The position numbers were made by a program, and so were the translations under genes. DNA of 64,000 nucleotides. Origin: Eledone cirrhosa (Eukaryota). Positions 29,111 to 41,844 of this stretch are shown here, one piece after another (positions within the stretch are counted from its first letter, which is position 1; each line of letters begins with the position of its first letter). The notes below the pieces were generated by a model. The model did not search any database. It worked only from the letters and a program-made list of their open reading frames with translations, and was not told where the DNA came from. The stretch covers positions 28,210,001 through 28,274,000 of the forward strand of contig OZ024757.1 of assembly GCA_964016885.1 (NCBI GenBank). Reading direction: 5' to 3'.

Positions 29111-30313
29111 ATGCAATAGAGAAATGAGGAAAATAAACATAAAAATACAATAATTTTCAAAAGAATACCAACAAAACACACAAATGAGAAATGGAGTAGA
29201 AACAAGATGGATAAAAATAATGAACAACAGGACTAGAGAGAAAAGAAATCACACCTTGTCAAAGTGACACAGGGACATTTTAAAGTCAGTGTGAACATGA
29301 AAGGTGACCAGATTGAAGAGAGATAGATAGATGAAAGTGGAGAAGGGCAAGGGTGGAAGTTTCTTGTGACTTTTTCACTGACCACAAAGACAACAGCATG
29401 TCGTTATAATGATGTTGATGCTATTGTGATGATGATAATGATGGATTCTATACAGATGTTGGATGATTTTCTAGTGGTGAAGATGGTAGTGGTGGTGATG
29501 ATACTGGTAATGGTGGTGGTGGTGGTACTATCACTATTGAGGGCAGCAGCTGGTATGGTGTTGATGGAATGAATGAGAAGCTGTATGTTACCAAAGTTTG
29601 GCTCTCTGTGTTATACATATGTGATAAATAGTGGAAGTGGTGGTGGTGGTGGTGGTGGTGAAATGGTGGTGATAATGGTGGTGGTCTGATGTTTGTGTTT
29701 GCCACCGCTGTTATATATTATCATTATATATGGGTTAAGGTGGTGCTGATGATGATACAATGGGGAGATCTGGTGCCATGTAACAGAGATGTCTCTGGTG
29801 ACACATTACCAGGGGCTACACAACAAACTAGTTTCCAACAAGACATGATATTGTTCAGAAGGTCATCACAATTTCCAAATTGTTTCTCAACCAATCAAAA
29901 TCCAACAACAATTAACACCTTATGTCCTTCTTACCCTCTTCCCTCTGTTTTCTTTTTATCTTTCTTTGTTAGCTGTCTTCATCTTGGTTTTTCTTTTATT
30001 TTATCTCTTTATTTCTACCCAAATATTTCTCTCGTTCTCTTCTCATCCTTTGCGTTATCCCCCTCTTTCTCCGCTACAGTCATATACCTTCATTTAGACA
30101 TAATCAGAATCAAAGTACTTTGTCATTGCCTTTGTGTTTGTTGTTGTTGTTATTATTGTTGTTGTTGTTGTTGTACAGGAATGGAGAGGGTGTCCTGCAT
30201 GGAAAGTTGCATGTATATATATATAAGTATATATATATATATATATAAATGAGTGTGTGTCTATGTTTGTATTCACACAACCACTATATATATATTTATT
30301 TTATTATAGAAAT

Positions 30314-30364
30314 GACTTCTACAAGACTAAACTGTTTCATTCATAAGAAATCGTCAGGAAAGTC
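30314..30364 (-). ncRNA. Type I hammerhead ribozyme fold (Penelope-like) inside an inverted repeat
   Basis: GACUUUC-CUGACGA-U-UUC-uuau-GAA-U-GAAA-CAG-uuuaguc-UUG-UA-GAAGUC: intact core, helices I-III, GUA site. Confidence 0.65.
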
Positions 30365-30524
30365 TTGTAGAAATCATGTCTATAATAAAATAAAGATATC
30401 TATACTCTACTAACGTATTGAGTACCTTTTTTAACTGTGGCTACCCCCTGATTTACATCGAGAATCCATATATATATATATATATTTATTTCTGCTAGCA
30501 TATATATATATATATATATTTACT

Positions 30525-30690
30525 TGACTGGCTTTGGCATAGAAATTTTCATGGACCAAAATTCATTCACAAAGTTTTGGTCAACTGAAGGCTATAGTGA
30601 GACACCCCACAGCCCTTCAAAAGTGCCCTGGTGTGGGAATGATCCCAAAACCACATGGTTGGGAAGTGATCACAACTATGTCTGCAATTT
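30525..30690 (-). mobile_element. Decayed SINE family C
   Basis: Reverse complement cttcccaaccatgtggttttgggatc...actatagcc...gaccaaaactttgtgaatga; related copy at about 59840-59950. Confidence 0.55.
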
Positions 30691-31208
30691 GCAACTCCTG
30701 CTAAGCATGTGACCAAGATGCTATTAGCTTGACCATTTCGATTCTGAAGATGGGGCTGTGAAGGCCTTGAAACATTGGTACAAACTTAGATTTAGGAATA
30801 TTACTATTCCAAACTATGATCTAAAAAAGGAAATACAAAAAATACTCAATGAAATGATCAAACTGGAGCATAGCCATATTTTTGATATAACATGTTTGAA
30901 AGAAAAGCTGTTCCTTACTTATTTAAAAATATATACATATAGTTCAGAGTTTAAAAAAAGACAGAGAACAATTACACAAGTCTTAATAGTTTCACGCTTG
31001 TGGGAAAAAGAAAAAGTATTTCTGCCTATAAATAATACATATCTATTCAGTATTAAGGAAAGTTTTGCCTATAAATATAACTGCATTCAAAATATGCAAA
31101 TATCCCACCATTTCTAACATTTATATATAAATATTTACACACATTTAAACTTGTACACAAACACACAAAGAAATGCATATGTGTATATTTATGTGCATCT
31201 TTATGTGT

Positions 31209-31273
<65 letters not shown>

Positions 31274-31487
31274 GTGTGTATATATATATATAAATATACA
31301 CATATATACATATATATGTGTGTATATATATATAAATATACACATATATATATATCTATATATGTATATATATATACATATGTATATGTATATATATATA
31401 TATATGTATATATATATACATATATATACATATATATACATATATATATACACATATATATATCTATATACATGTGTATATATATAC

Positions 31488-31541
<54 letters not shown>

Positions 31542-31732
31542 ACATATGTATATATATATACATATAATATATATATACATATAATATATTTATATATATA
31601 TATACATATGTATATATATATATACGTATGTATATATATATATACATATGTATATATATATATATATACATATAATATATATATACATATGTATATATAT
31701 ATACATATATATATGTATATATATATACACAC

Positions 31733-31763
<31 letters not shown>

Positions 31764-31875
31764 CATATATATTTATATATATACATATATATATATATAT
31801 ACATATATATCTATATATATATATATATATACATATACATCTATATATATATATATATATATATACATATACATC

Positions 31876-31906
<31 letters not shown>

Positions 31907-31911
31907 CTATC

Positions 31912-31964
<53 letters not shown>

Positions 31965-32152
31965 GGTGTGTTATGGTCCATCTGGTTCCTTACCACACCT
32001 CCTTTGTTATATATATATATATATATATATTAGATATTTTAATATCGATTTCTGGAGAGAAAAGTTGGTTATTTATGTTTTGCCTCGAACCTACTGATGA
32101 GAATCTGGGGGATTAAAATTCCTTTTTATGGAATACAGACTATATAATTTTC

Positions 32153-32186
<34 letters not shown>

Positions 32187-32618
32187 GCATATATACATAC
32201 ATAATACATATATATATAGTGTCTATATGTATGTATATATATATATATTATATATATCATATATGTAATATATATATATATCATTATATGGGCCACATTT
32301 AGCTTTCCAGTTATAGCAGGATTTCTACACCTGCTTGCCCTTCCTATCACCAACCATTTAGTCACTTCTTATGACACACTGAAATATAGCATACCTATTC
32401 TATACTGGTTACTCTCTCTCACACACACACATATATACACCTACATATGTACACACACACACTCATACATGAATATATATATACACACCTACCTATTAAT
32501 GTGTATACACACTCACATATAATTGTGTATGTGTGTATATAAATATATACTGTGTATATATTTAATATTTATATATATATATATATATAAATATGTACAC
32601 TATATATATTTGTATATA

Positions 32619-32939
32619 TCATCATCATCATCATCATCATCATTTCATTTTACGTCCGCTTTTTCCCTGCTTGCAAGGGTGAGGCGGTAACTGATTCTGG
32701 CTTGGTTTCTACAGCTGGATGCCCTTCCTAACACCAACATCATTTACAGTGAGTGCTGGGTGCTTTTTTGCCGTGGCACCTCCAGTCCCTATCATCTCAT
32801 TTCTACAGCTGAGTAAACTGGAGCAATGTGAAATAAAGTGTCTTGCTCAAGGAAACAACACATCACCCGGTCTGAGAATTGAACTCACAACCTTTCGATT
32901 GCAAGGCCAATGCTCTAACCACTAAGCCATGTGCCTCCA
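32619..32939 (-). mobile_element. tRNA-derived SINE family A
   Basis: Reverse complement nearly identical to head 11552-11722 and tail 11765-11905. Confidence 0.9.
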
Positions 32940-32943
32940 TCTA

Positions 32944-33170
<227 letters not shown>

Positions 33171-33666
33171 CATATATATATATAAGCCATGTGCCTCCAT
33201 CAAATATATATATATATATTTGTATATATATCAACATATGCATACACACGCACACACCAGGATGACTTTTGTTTTTAATTTGGAAAAATGAGAAAATAAA
33301 TCTATAAATTTGTAACTCTTAGTGACTATTTCCTACTCAACAGAATTGGATTTTACCAAAAACATGACCCAGTTGATAGCTAGTGTCCCATAGTCAGTTA
33401 TATAGTCCTGCATAAATGTCAAATGTCTTTGAAGACTGTTAGAGAATTGAGAACAATGTGGGATTAACTAAGATCAGTTTAGCAAAGGCAATGAGAGCTT
33501 AGGTTAAGTGAACTGGAATAATTATCCAGTGAGAGAGAACAAAGAACTAAATGACCATAGACAATCAATAAGAGATTCTTAATGATAAAGTGCACAAGTA
33601 GAATTTGAGAGATAATCTTTCAAGAACATTACCAGGCAGACACTAAGATACTAAATATATACATGT

Positions 33667-34100
33667 GGGTGGCTGTCTGTATCTATCGATATATGTCAGA
33701 TATACACACACATACACACTGATAAACACACACAAACAAATGCATATACACACACAACAGACACTCATACACACACTGATACATATGTGTGTGTGCATAC
33801 ACACAAACGTGTATATATATATATTAATATAGAAGAGCTTCTACAGGACTAGAACTGTTTCATTCGTGAGAAATTATCAGGGAGCACCCTGATGATTTCT
33901 CACGAATGAAACAGTTCTAGTCCTGTAGAAGCTCTTCTATATTAATATATATATATATACACGTTTGTGTGTATGCACACACACACATATGTATCACTGT
34001 GTGTATGAGTGTCTGTTGTGTGTGTATATGCATTTGTTTGTGTGTTTATCAGTGTGTATGTGTATATTTGACATATATCGATAGATACAGACAACCACCC
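33667..34100. repeat. Long palindrome, about 215-bp arms, 4-nt loop (33883-33886)
   Basis: gggtggctgtctgtatctatcgat...atcaggg-agca-ccctgat...atcgatagatacagacaaccaccc with few mismatches. Confidence 0.95.
33881..33936 (+). ncRNA. Type I hammerhead ribozyme fold at palindrome centre
   Basis: GAGCacC-CUGAUGA-U-UUC-ucac-GAA-U-GAAA-CAG-uucuaguc-CUG-UA-GaaGCUC; same family as 30314-30364. Confidence 0.6.
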
Positions 34101-35197
34101 GACTTAGGCCCCTAGAGGCACTTGTGATCCTGGTCTTCAGATCATCTTTCATATTGCAGCTAGATCTGTTGGTGTCTCATTCCACTGCGACCCACACAAA
34201 GAAGTTGAGGGGGTTGCAGTCAGACGAGCTGGGAGGCCAGATGTCAGGTGAAGTGTGGTCGACGAAGTTCTCTGACAGCCAGGCTTGGGTCTTTCGGCTG
34301 GTATGGCAGGGCGCTGAGTCTTGCTGCCACACGTACGGCCTACCTGCAGCTACCTGGTCGATCCAGGGCTTTACTACCTTGCTCAGAACGCGGATGTAGC
34401 CATCGGTGTTCAGCTTGAGGCCCTTAGGGAAGAAGTGAGGTGGCATGACCTCACCTTGACTGCTGACGACACCTAAGACCAATGTTGTCGCTGGAAACTT
34501 TGTCTGCATGACTCTGGGCACGTCTTTGGATGAGACAGCGAGCCACCTGTTGTTCTGGGAGTTGATCTTCTGGTCTTGGCAGAAGTTTTTCTCGTTGGAG
34601 AAAAACCACAGCATGTCTGGCTCCAGTGGGTGTTTCAACTTGTTGATCAGCTTCTTTGCGTGCTTCAGTCGCTTTTCTTGCATCGCCTTTGACAGAAATT
34701 GTCCTTTCCTCATCTTGCATGAAACGTAGCGAATGTCTTTATGTACCACCAGCCTAATGAGCTTTTCATCCATGCCTTTCTCCCTTGCAATAGCACGCAT
34801 CGACTTGCTAGGTTCATTGTTGTTGATATCCTGAACTTCAGCGATGAACTCGGGCATTCTGAAGGCATCAGATCGTCGATCATGTGTTGCTCTCTGATGT
34901 TCCTTCGTAGTCGAATCCTGAATCTTCCAATTCCTTTCTGATCTTTTCCACTATTCTCCTGCTGACGCTGAGAAATTCTGAAATTTCCTTATTTGTCCTC
35001 CCGGTGCAGATTCCAAGAAGAACTCTGTGTCTCTTCCACAAATTTGGTGGTTCAAAATTATTCATAATCAATTGTTCTGAAAATAAATAATGGAAATATA
35101 GTCACTGTTTTTATGAAACCATGAGTGACAACGGAAGTAAAAAGATTTGCATAAAATTAGCAGTTGAAAATTGCGAGCAAATATCGTCCACACCCTG
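34101..35197 (-). mobile_element. Decayed Tc1/mariner DD37D (maT-type) transposon, 3'-truncated
   Basis: WFFSNEKNF...NSQNNRW, WQQDSAPCH, WPPSSSDCNPLNFFVW with 37 residues between the second and third catalytic positions; TA|CAGGGTGTGGACGAT terminus at 35197; frameshift near 34870. Confidence 0.93.
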
Positions 35198-35461
35198 TAT
35201 ATATATATATATATCTGTATATATATAATAAACATATGGGAGGCTTGCAATCAAATAAATAGTTCTTTGTTATGAAACAATTTTTCTCTCTTATGCTTTA
35301 TATACATGCCACAGATATTTCAGAAGCAGTTGAGAAAGCCTGACGACTGTTTCAAGATTAATTAATCTCTCATCAGTAAAATCCATCAAACGCTACTGAG
35401 ATGAAAATAGACTAGAGATTTTCTGTATTGAACATTTGTTGGAGATTCTCATTTGCGTGTG

Positions 35462-35493
<32 letters not shown>

Positions 35494-35502
35494 TATACAC
35501 AC

Positions 35503-35559
<57 letters not shown>

Positions 35560-36768
35560 TACACACACATATAGTCCAACATATGCAAGTGTGGAAAAAG
35601 GGATGTAAAATGATGATGATGATACACACACACACATATACATCAATATGTATGAATTTATATATTTATATATATGTATTGAAGTATATTATCAATACTT
35701 TGATATCACGCACACACACATATATATATTTGTATACATATATATATAAATTTACATGTATGTATATATGTTTCAATATTTACATTTTAACATCATATGT
35801 ATGTGTACATATATATGAATACCCTACGTATACATATATTATACATATATGTATTTATATTAATAAACACACATGGATATTTATATATTTATTTAAACAT
35901 ATAGGTATATATACACTCACACACATCATACATATATCCTAGTGAGTTTTAGAATTTAATCTAAACTAACCCGAAGTACCTCTTACCAGTAATGGTTCCA
36001 TCATCCACTACTTTTAATTACTCCTAAAATGTCAATTTTCAATTTTAATTTCACATTGGAAAAATAAAATCTTCAAAATGTAAATGTATAAGTCCTTTGT
36101 TCAGGTACTTAATATTAAATTTACTGGAACAACATGATGCTTTATCAGCCCAGCATGATGTTTGCAAGTGTCATACAGACATGCGAATTTATAAATAACA
36201 TCGCTGGTATTCAATAGATTAAACTGAACATCACCGAACCACAGTTCCCCGTCTGAATGTCATAGCTGATATGGCTTAAAAGACTATTTTTCGATAATTA
36301 AATCCTAATTATAAAGAATTAGAATTACATTGCTATTAGGTTTCCTAGGATTTTAATATTTTGGCTTTATAATTAAGAGGTCTATTAGCTGTCACATATA
36401 TAACCCGATGTTTTCTTTTGATATTGTAAAAATTCACACGTACTGTAATTTCTCAGTTAATTGTCTGCTTTCATCATTCGATAATTACATACATTCGTCA
36501 ATAAATGCATCAAAGTTGCAGTTAATGACTATAAGCTGATATATTGTGCATATATCATTAATTATGGTGGCATTGATGGATGAGGCTGAAGGGGAAGCAA
36601 ATGAATATTGAATATTGTATATATTATTGTTGTTGTTATCCTTATTATTATTATTGTCATTGTTGTTATATTTACTGTATTGGAAAGTTTACACCAAACT
36701 GGGCATTTTCAATTAAGTCAGTGTACATTTGTTGGCCCATCATATTACAAAGTTGAATGATATATGTA

Positions 36769-36802
<34 letters not shown>

Positions 36803-36807
36803 TACAT

Positions 36808-36844
<37 letters not shown>

Positions 36845-36948
36845 GAAACATATATATATATATATAATATATATATATATATGCATACATATATATATAT
36901 AATATATATATACACTCACACATATATATGTGTGTATGTATATACATA

Positions 36949-37015
<67 letters not shown>

Positions 37016-37055
37016 GTATATAGAGATATATACATATACATATATGTATATAGAG

Positions 37056-37086
<31 letters not shown>

Positions 37087-37321
37087 CATGTATATATATG
37101 TATATATATATGTATATATATGCATATATATATATATATGTATATATATGCATATATATATATGTATATATATGCATATATATATATATATGTATATATA
37201 TGCATATATATATATATATATGCATATATATATATATATGTATATATATGTATATATATATATATATATACATACATATATATGTATATATATATAGAGA
37301 GAGAGAGATAGAGATAGATAT

Positions 37322-37352
<31 letters not shown>

Positions 37353-37388
37353 GATAGATATAGATATATGCATATATATATATATATA

Positions 37389-37554
37389 TAGTTATGTAAT
37401 AAACAACATAAGATAATTATTTCATTTACGAGTGATTTCTTGAAAGCAACCAAAATTGCTTTCATTCATCAGAATGAATGAAAGCAATTTTGGTTGCTTT
37501 CAAGAAACCACTGGTAAATGAAATAATTATCTTATGTTGTTTATTACATAACTA
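37389..37554. repeat. Palindrome with 81-bp arms and 4-nt loop
   Basis: tagttatgtaataaacaac...ttcattcat-caga-atgaatgaa...gttgtttattacataacta. Confidence 0.95.
37421..37478 (-). ncRNA. Type I hammerhead ribozyme fold
   Basis: UUCAUU-CUGAUGA-A-UGAAAGCAA-uuuugg-UUGCUUUCA-A-GAAA-UcacucG-UA-AAUGAA: 6-bp helix I, 9-bp helix II; the opposite arm preserves helix III as CC-acu-GG. Confidence 0.7.
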
Positions 37555-37633
37555 ATAAGCTCTGTAACCTACATAGAGCACTCTTTTTTCCTGGACCTTT
37601 CCAACGGAATCACTTCATTTATATATATATATA

Positions 37634-37760
37634 GCACCCAGCACTCACTGTAAATGAGGTTGGTGTTAGGAAGGGCATCCAGCTGTAGAAATCAAGCCAG
37701 AATCAGTTCCCGTCCCACCCTTGCAAGCAGGGAAAAGTGGACGTAAGATGAAATGAAAAG
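37634..37760 (+). mobile_element. Family A SINE 3' tail
   Basis: gcacccagcactcactgtaa...ggaagggcatccagctgtagaaatcaagccagaatcagttcccg, matching 11772-11880. Confidence 0.85.
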
Positions 37761-37913
37761 GAAATGAATATAGATATATACATATAAATATATATATATA
37801 TATATATATGAAATACGTCCCTTCACGCACAAGGCGCCAAGGTACGCATGTATTGTCCAACCAAGTGCCAGTGTGGTTCAATGGCGGGTTAATAAATTAA
37901 CGAGCCAGAACAA

Positions 37914-38192
37914 ATATAAACAAGGTTTAGTAAATAATGAAAAAGTTTCAAAATAAATTTTAAAAAATTGACTTTACCTACTATAGTTACCTATCTATAG
38001 TAGGTAAAGTCAATTTTTTAAAATTTTAAAATTTTAAAATTTTAAAATATAAACAAGGTTTAGTAAATAATGAAAAAGTTTCAAAATAAATTTTAAAAAA
38101 TTGACTTTACCTACTATAGTTACTTAACTATAGTAGGTAAAGTCAATTTTTTAAAATTTATTTTGAAACTTTTTCATTATTTACTAAACCTT

Positions 38193-38200
<8 letters not shown>
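37914..38200. repeat. Duplicated AT-rich palindrome; perfect 76-bp arms at 38047-38200
   Basis: atataaacaaggtttagtaaat...ctatagtta-ct-taactatag...tactaaaccttgtttatat, preceded by a partial copy with its own hairpin centre near 37990. Confidence 0.92.
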
Positions 38201-38291
<91 letters not shown>

Positions 38292-38989
38292 GATATATAC
38301 ATATGTATATATGCATGTGTATTTGCTTGTAGGGAAGACGACATATATATTCAGTCGATGATGAAATCCAAACACAAGAATGGATGATAATGATATATAT
38401 ATATATATACACATACACTCACAGCCAGTCAGTCATGCATGTATGATTCAATGAACATGTTAAACATGTGTCTAACCAAATATAACATGTGACATTCCCC
38501 ATTTATTTATTAATATCATACGACATGTAAAGACGCATGTTTGTTTGTATGTAGGAATATTACATCTCCCATGTTGTCTATGTGTATATATAAATATATA
38601 TATATATGCACACATATCATTATCATCATCATTATTTAATGTCTACTTTCCCTGCTAACAAGGGTTGGAAGGTTTTTCACAACCGAGTCAGCATCAGAGT
38701 GGGTCTACTGACTCCCAGATAGGCTGGAGGGTCACGTCTTGCTTGCATATGGTTTTATGTTGTACCAAGTGCAATTATCATAACACCAACACTAGGGAGA
38801 TTATCATATAATTGACACAAATGAAGAATCCTTGTAACCCTTTGTTGAGCAAGCTTTCTGTGACTGGATTCCCTTTCTATCACCAACCACTTTACAGTGT
38901 GTACTGGGTTCACTTAGATGTAGATCACTAACACTAGAGAGGTTGTCATGTCCAGGACATGACTGAAGGGTCCTCAGAACTCTTTCTTT

Positions 38990-39140
38990 CGCAAGCTTTG
39001 CAGGGAAACTTGAATGGGACCTGTGGAAGAGGCAGGCCCAGGAAGTTAGTGAAAACCAACCTTAAAAAGCTGAACTTAACTATGGAGATGACAAAAGACC
39101 TTTTGGAGTGGCATCATGCTGTTTTGGTGAAGACTACTCT
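38990..39140 (+). mobile_element. RTE LINE C-terminal fragment
   Basis: GTCGRGRPRK...VKTNLKKLNLTMEMTKDLLEW, the RGRP...D...W pattern of RTE ORF ends. Confidence 0.7.
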
Positions 39141-39613
39141 TCAGACCCATCCAAGCGTCTCCCCTACCATTATCATTCTTTAGCAGTTATCCGCACCATG
39201 ATTGGGAATCCCATTCACACCCCCTCCACTATTACCCATTAGTTATTTTCACCATCACTTTACACCCTCCACTCATGCACCACTCCTCAAATTCTAATGC
39301 CCACACCTAAGACTTCATTTGTTGAGTATTATTTGGTTTTTGTTTGCTCTGTGAGTTGGGGAGGATGAGTTCTATGCAATTTGTACCTCAAATCACAGCA
39401 CTACAGTCTTAAAACGAATGGAAAATAAAGACAAACCACAGCATGGACAATGCAGTCTTGTATACACACACACACACATATATACATGCATACATATATA
39501 TATACATATATATGTATATATCTATATACATACATACGTCTATATATACATGCATTCATATATATATATATATATAAAGAGAGAGAGAGTCATATATGCA
39601 TATATGCATACAC

Positions 39614-39644
<31 letters not shown>

Positions 39645-39683
39645 GCGAAATACACACACACATATATGCATATATGCATACAC

Positions 39684-39727
<44 letters not shown>

Positions 39728-39731
39728 TTCG

Positions 39732-39763
<32 letters not shown>

Positions 39764-40012
39764 CGAAATACACACACACATATATGCATATATGCATACA
39801 CATATGTATATATATATATATATATATGTATTTCGCTATATATATATATATATATATATATAGCGAAATACACACACACATATATGTATATATGCATACA
39901 TACTACATTGGCCAGGCTATATGTAATGTGTGTATATATATATATATATATATATCTGTGTGTGTATGTATTCTTTTTTTTCTTCTCCAATTGTCTTCCT
40001 CCTCCACTGCAG

Positions 40013-40043
40013 AAGAAACACAAAAGCAGATTAACAAAATATG
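40013..40043 (+). CDS. Candidate 31-nt exon
   Basis: Long polypyrimidine tract + [13 protein letters not shown](g), G|GTAAAT donor; phase compatible with 53026. Confidence 0.35.
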
Positions 40044-40471
40044 GTAAATTTATTTATTTATTTTTATTTAGTTTTTGTTGTTACTATTTTTATTCATCTC
40101 TGTGTTCACTTATCATCACATCACATCACACACACAAATAATCTCTAGCACTGCCTCTCTCTCTCTCTCCCTCTCTCTCTTCTATATATATATACAAATG
40201 TATATGTCCATGTATGTATGTGTGTGTGTATATATATATATGTGTGTATATGTATGTGTATATATATATGTGTATGTATATATATATATGTGTGTGTGTA
40301 TATATACATATGTATATATATCATGAATATATATGTGCAATATTCACATAGATATATAAATAATACATATGCACATGTATATATATATATATATATTTAT
40401 ATACACATATATTTATGTGTGTATGTATATACAACCCATGCCAACATGGAATCCTCCACCATACATAAAAT

Positions 40472-40539
<68 letters not shown>

Positions 40540-40560
40540 CACACACACATGCAGACATAC

Positions 40561-40671
40561 CTCACGGAATGTGTATTGCGGTATGATTCAAAGCTTAATA
40601 TATCTTCATGCATGGCTAAAACATCTCGTCAGCTAATCCAGTACATCTCCTCCAAAGTTTAGCAAGGCTCT
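40561..40671 (-). CDS. Candidate exon with possible start codon (gccATG at 40613)
   Basis: Acceptor at 40672-40673, [17 protein letters not shown](R/S), AG|GTATGT donor; unique island between microsatellites. Confidence 0.3.
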
Positions 40672-41227
40672 CTATTAATAAATGTATGTCTGTGTCTATG
40701 TGTGTGTGGGTGAGCTGTGTGTTGTCTATATGTGATCTGCTCAGCATGTCTGTGTGTATGTCTGCATCTGTATGTGTAGGTATGTGTTTAGATACATATG
40801 CACATATATAGATGCATAGAGACACTCTCACCCACACACATATATATGTGTATATATATATATGTATACATACATACACACATAAACAAACAAATCTGCT
40901 TTTGTTTGAATTTGAATTCAGTATATAGAAAAAAAATCATGTAAATACCGGGAGGGGTGTATTTTGTGCAGTTCCTTGAAATATAAACCAATGATAAAGC
41001 ACAAATGAATCCAGAGAAAAACTGGGTATAATGGGAATCAAGTGTTGTGTGCAGGAGAGAATTCCTCTGGTATGGACATGTAACATCTATTCTTCTATTT
41101 TTCATTCTATCTATTTTCTGACGAAGGACTGAAATCTGAAATGTTATGACTTTTCCTGCTATATCAAGCATTAAACTAATATATATCATTATTGTAATGT
41201 ATTGCTTTTTTTGTCTGACTTTCCTCA

Positions 41228-41271
<44 letters not shown>

Positions 41272-41409
41272 GTATGTGTATTTTATACATGTATGAATGA
41301 TAGGTGTGCAATTGATGCAAAGGGATTGCAGACAGTCTGACAAGCAGAAAGCAGTAGTAGATGCACAGATGTAGGTAACAATAAGATTATCCATGAAATA
41401 AGTTATTCC

Positions 41410-41540
41410 AAATGTTCGAAGGGCTCCCTTGAAATAGTTAATAGCTCCTATTACTTAGGTGATCAAATAAGCAGTGGGGAGGGTTGCTTGGAAGGCATAG
41501 TAGCTTTAACAAGAATATAGGAAAAAATTTAGAGAGCAGT
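41410..41540 (+). mobile_element. RTE LINE RT fragment
   Basis: LEIVNSSYYLGDQISSG...KKFRE (YLG motif). Confidence 0.7.
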
Positions 41541-41571
41541 GTTTTTGCTGTTGATGTTTTTATTGTAGTAA

Positions 41572-41770
41572 AAGTACTCTTCATAATATGTGTGCAGTAC
41601 CTAGTAGTGCTATTTTTGGTATGCTGTATCTATTTGTAAGTCTTGGGGTTTGGGTTCTGTACCCATCTGAGTGTTTTTTTATCATTCCCAAAGCACCTAT
41701 TAGAGGGATTATTATTGTTTGCATCATCTACATTCAGGTTATCTTTTCTCTCTTCTTTCTCAATTCTTTG
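41572..41770 (-). mobile_element. R4/Dong-type (RLE) LINE 3' fragment
   Basis: Minus strand IIIPLIGALGMIKK...KIALLGTAHIL*RVL. Confidence 0.75.
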
Positions 41771-41844
41771 TAAACCCCCATCTTAATGTTGTAGTCTGTC
41801 CGTGTATTGTCTCTTCCATCTGAAGCCTGTGTAGCTAATAAAAG

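Noticed and set aside
35987-36023. Possible short minus-strand exon ending MMEPLL|GTAAG
   Set aside because: Stops in all frames upstream; no phase-compatible partner found.
40788-41228. 146-aa ORF
   Set aside because: Partly microsatellite and partly antisense to an RTE WYGHV remnant.
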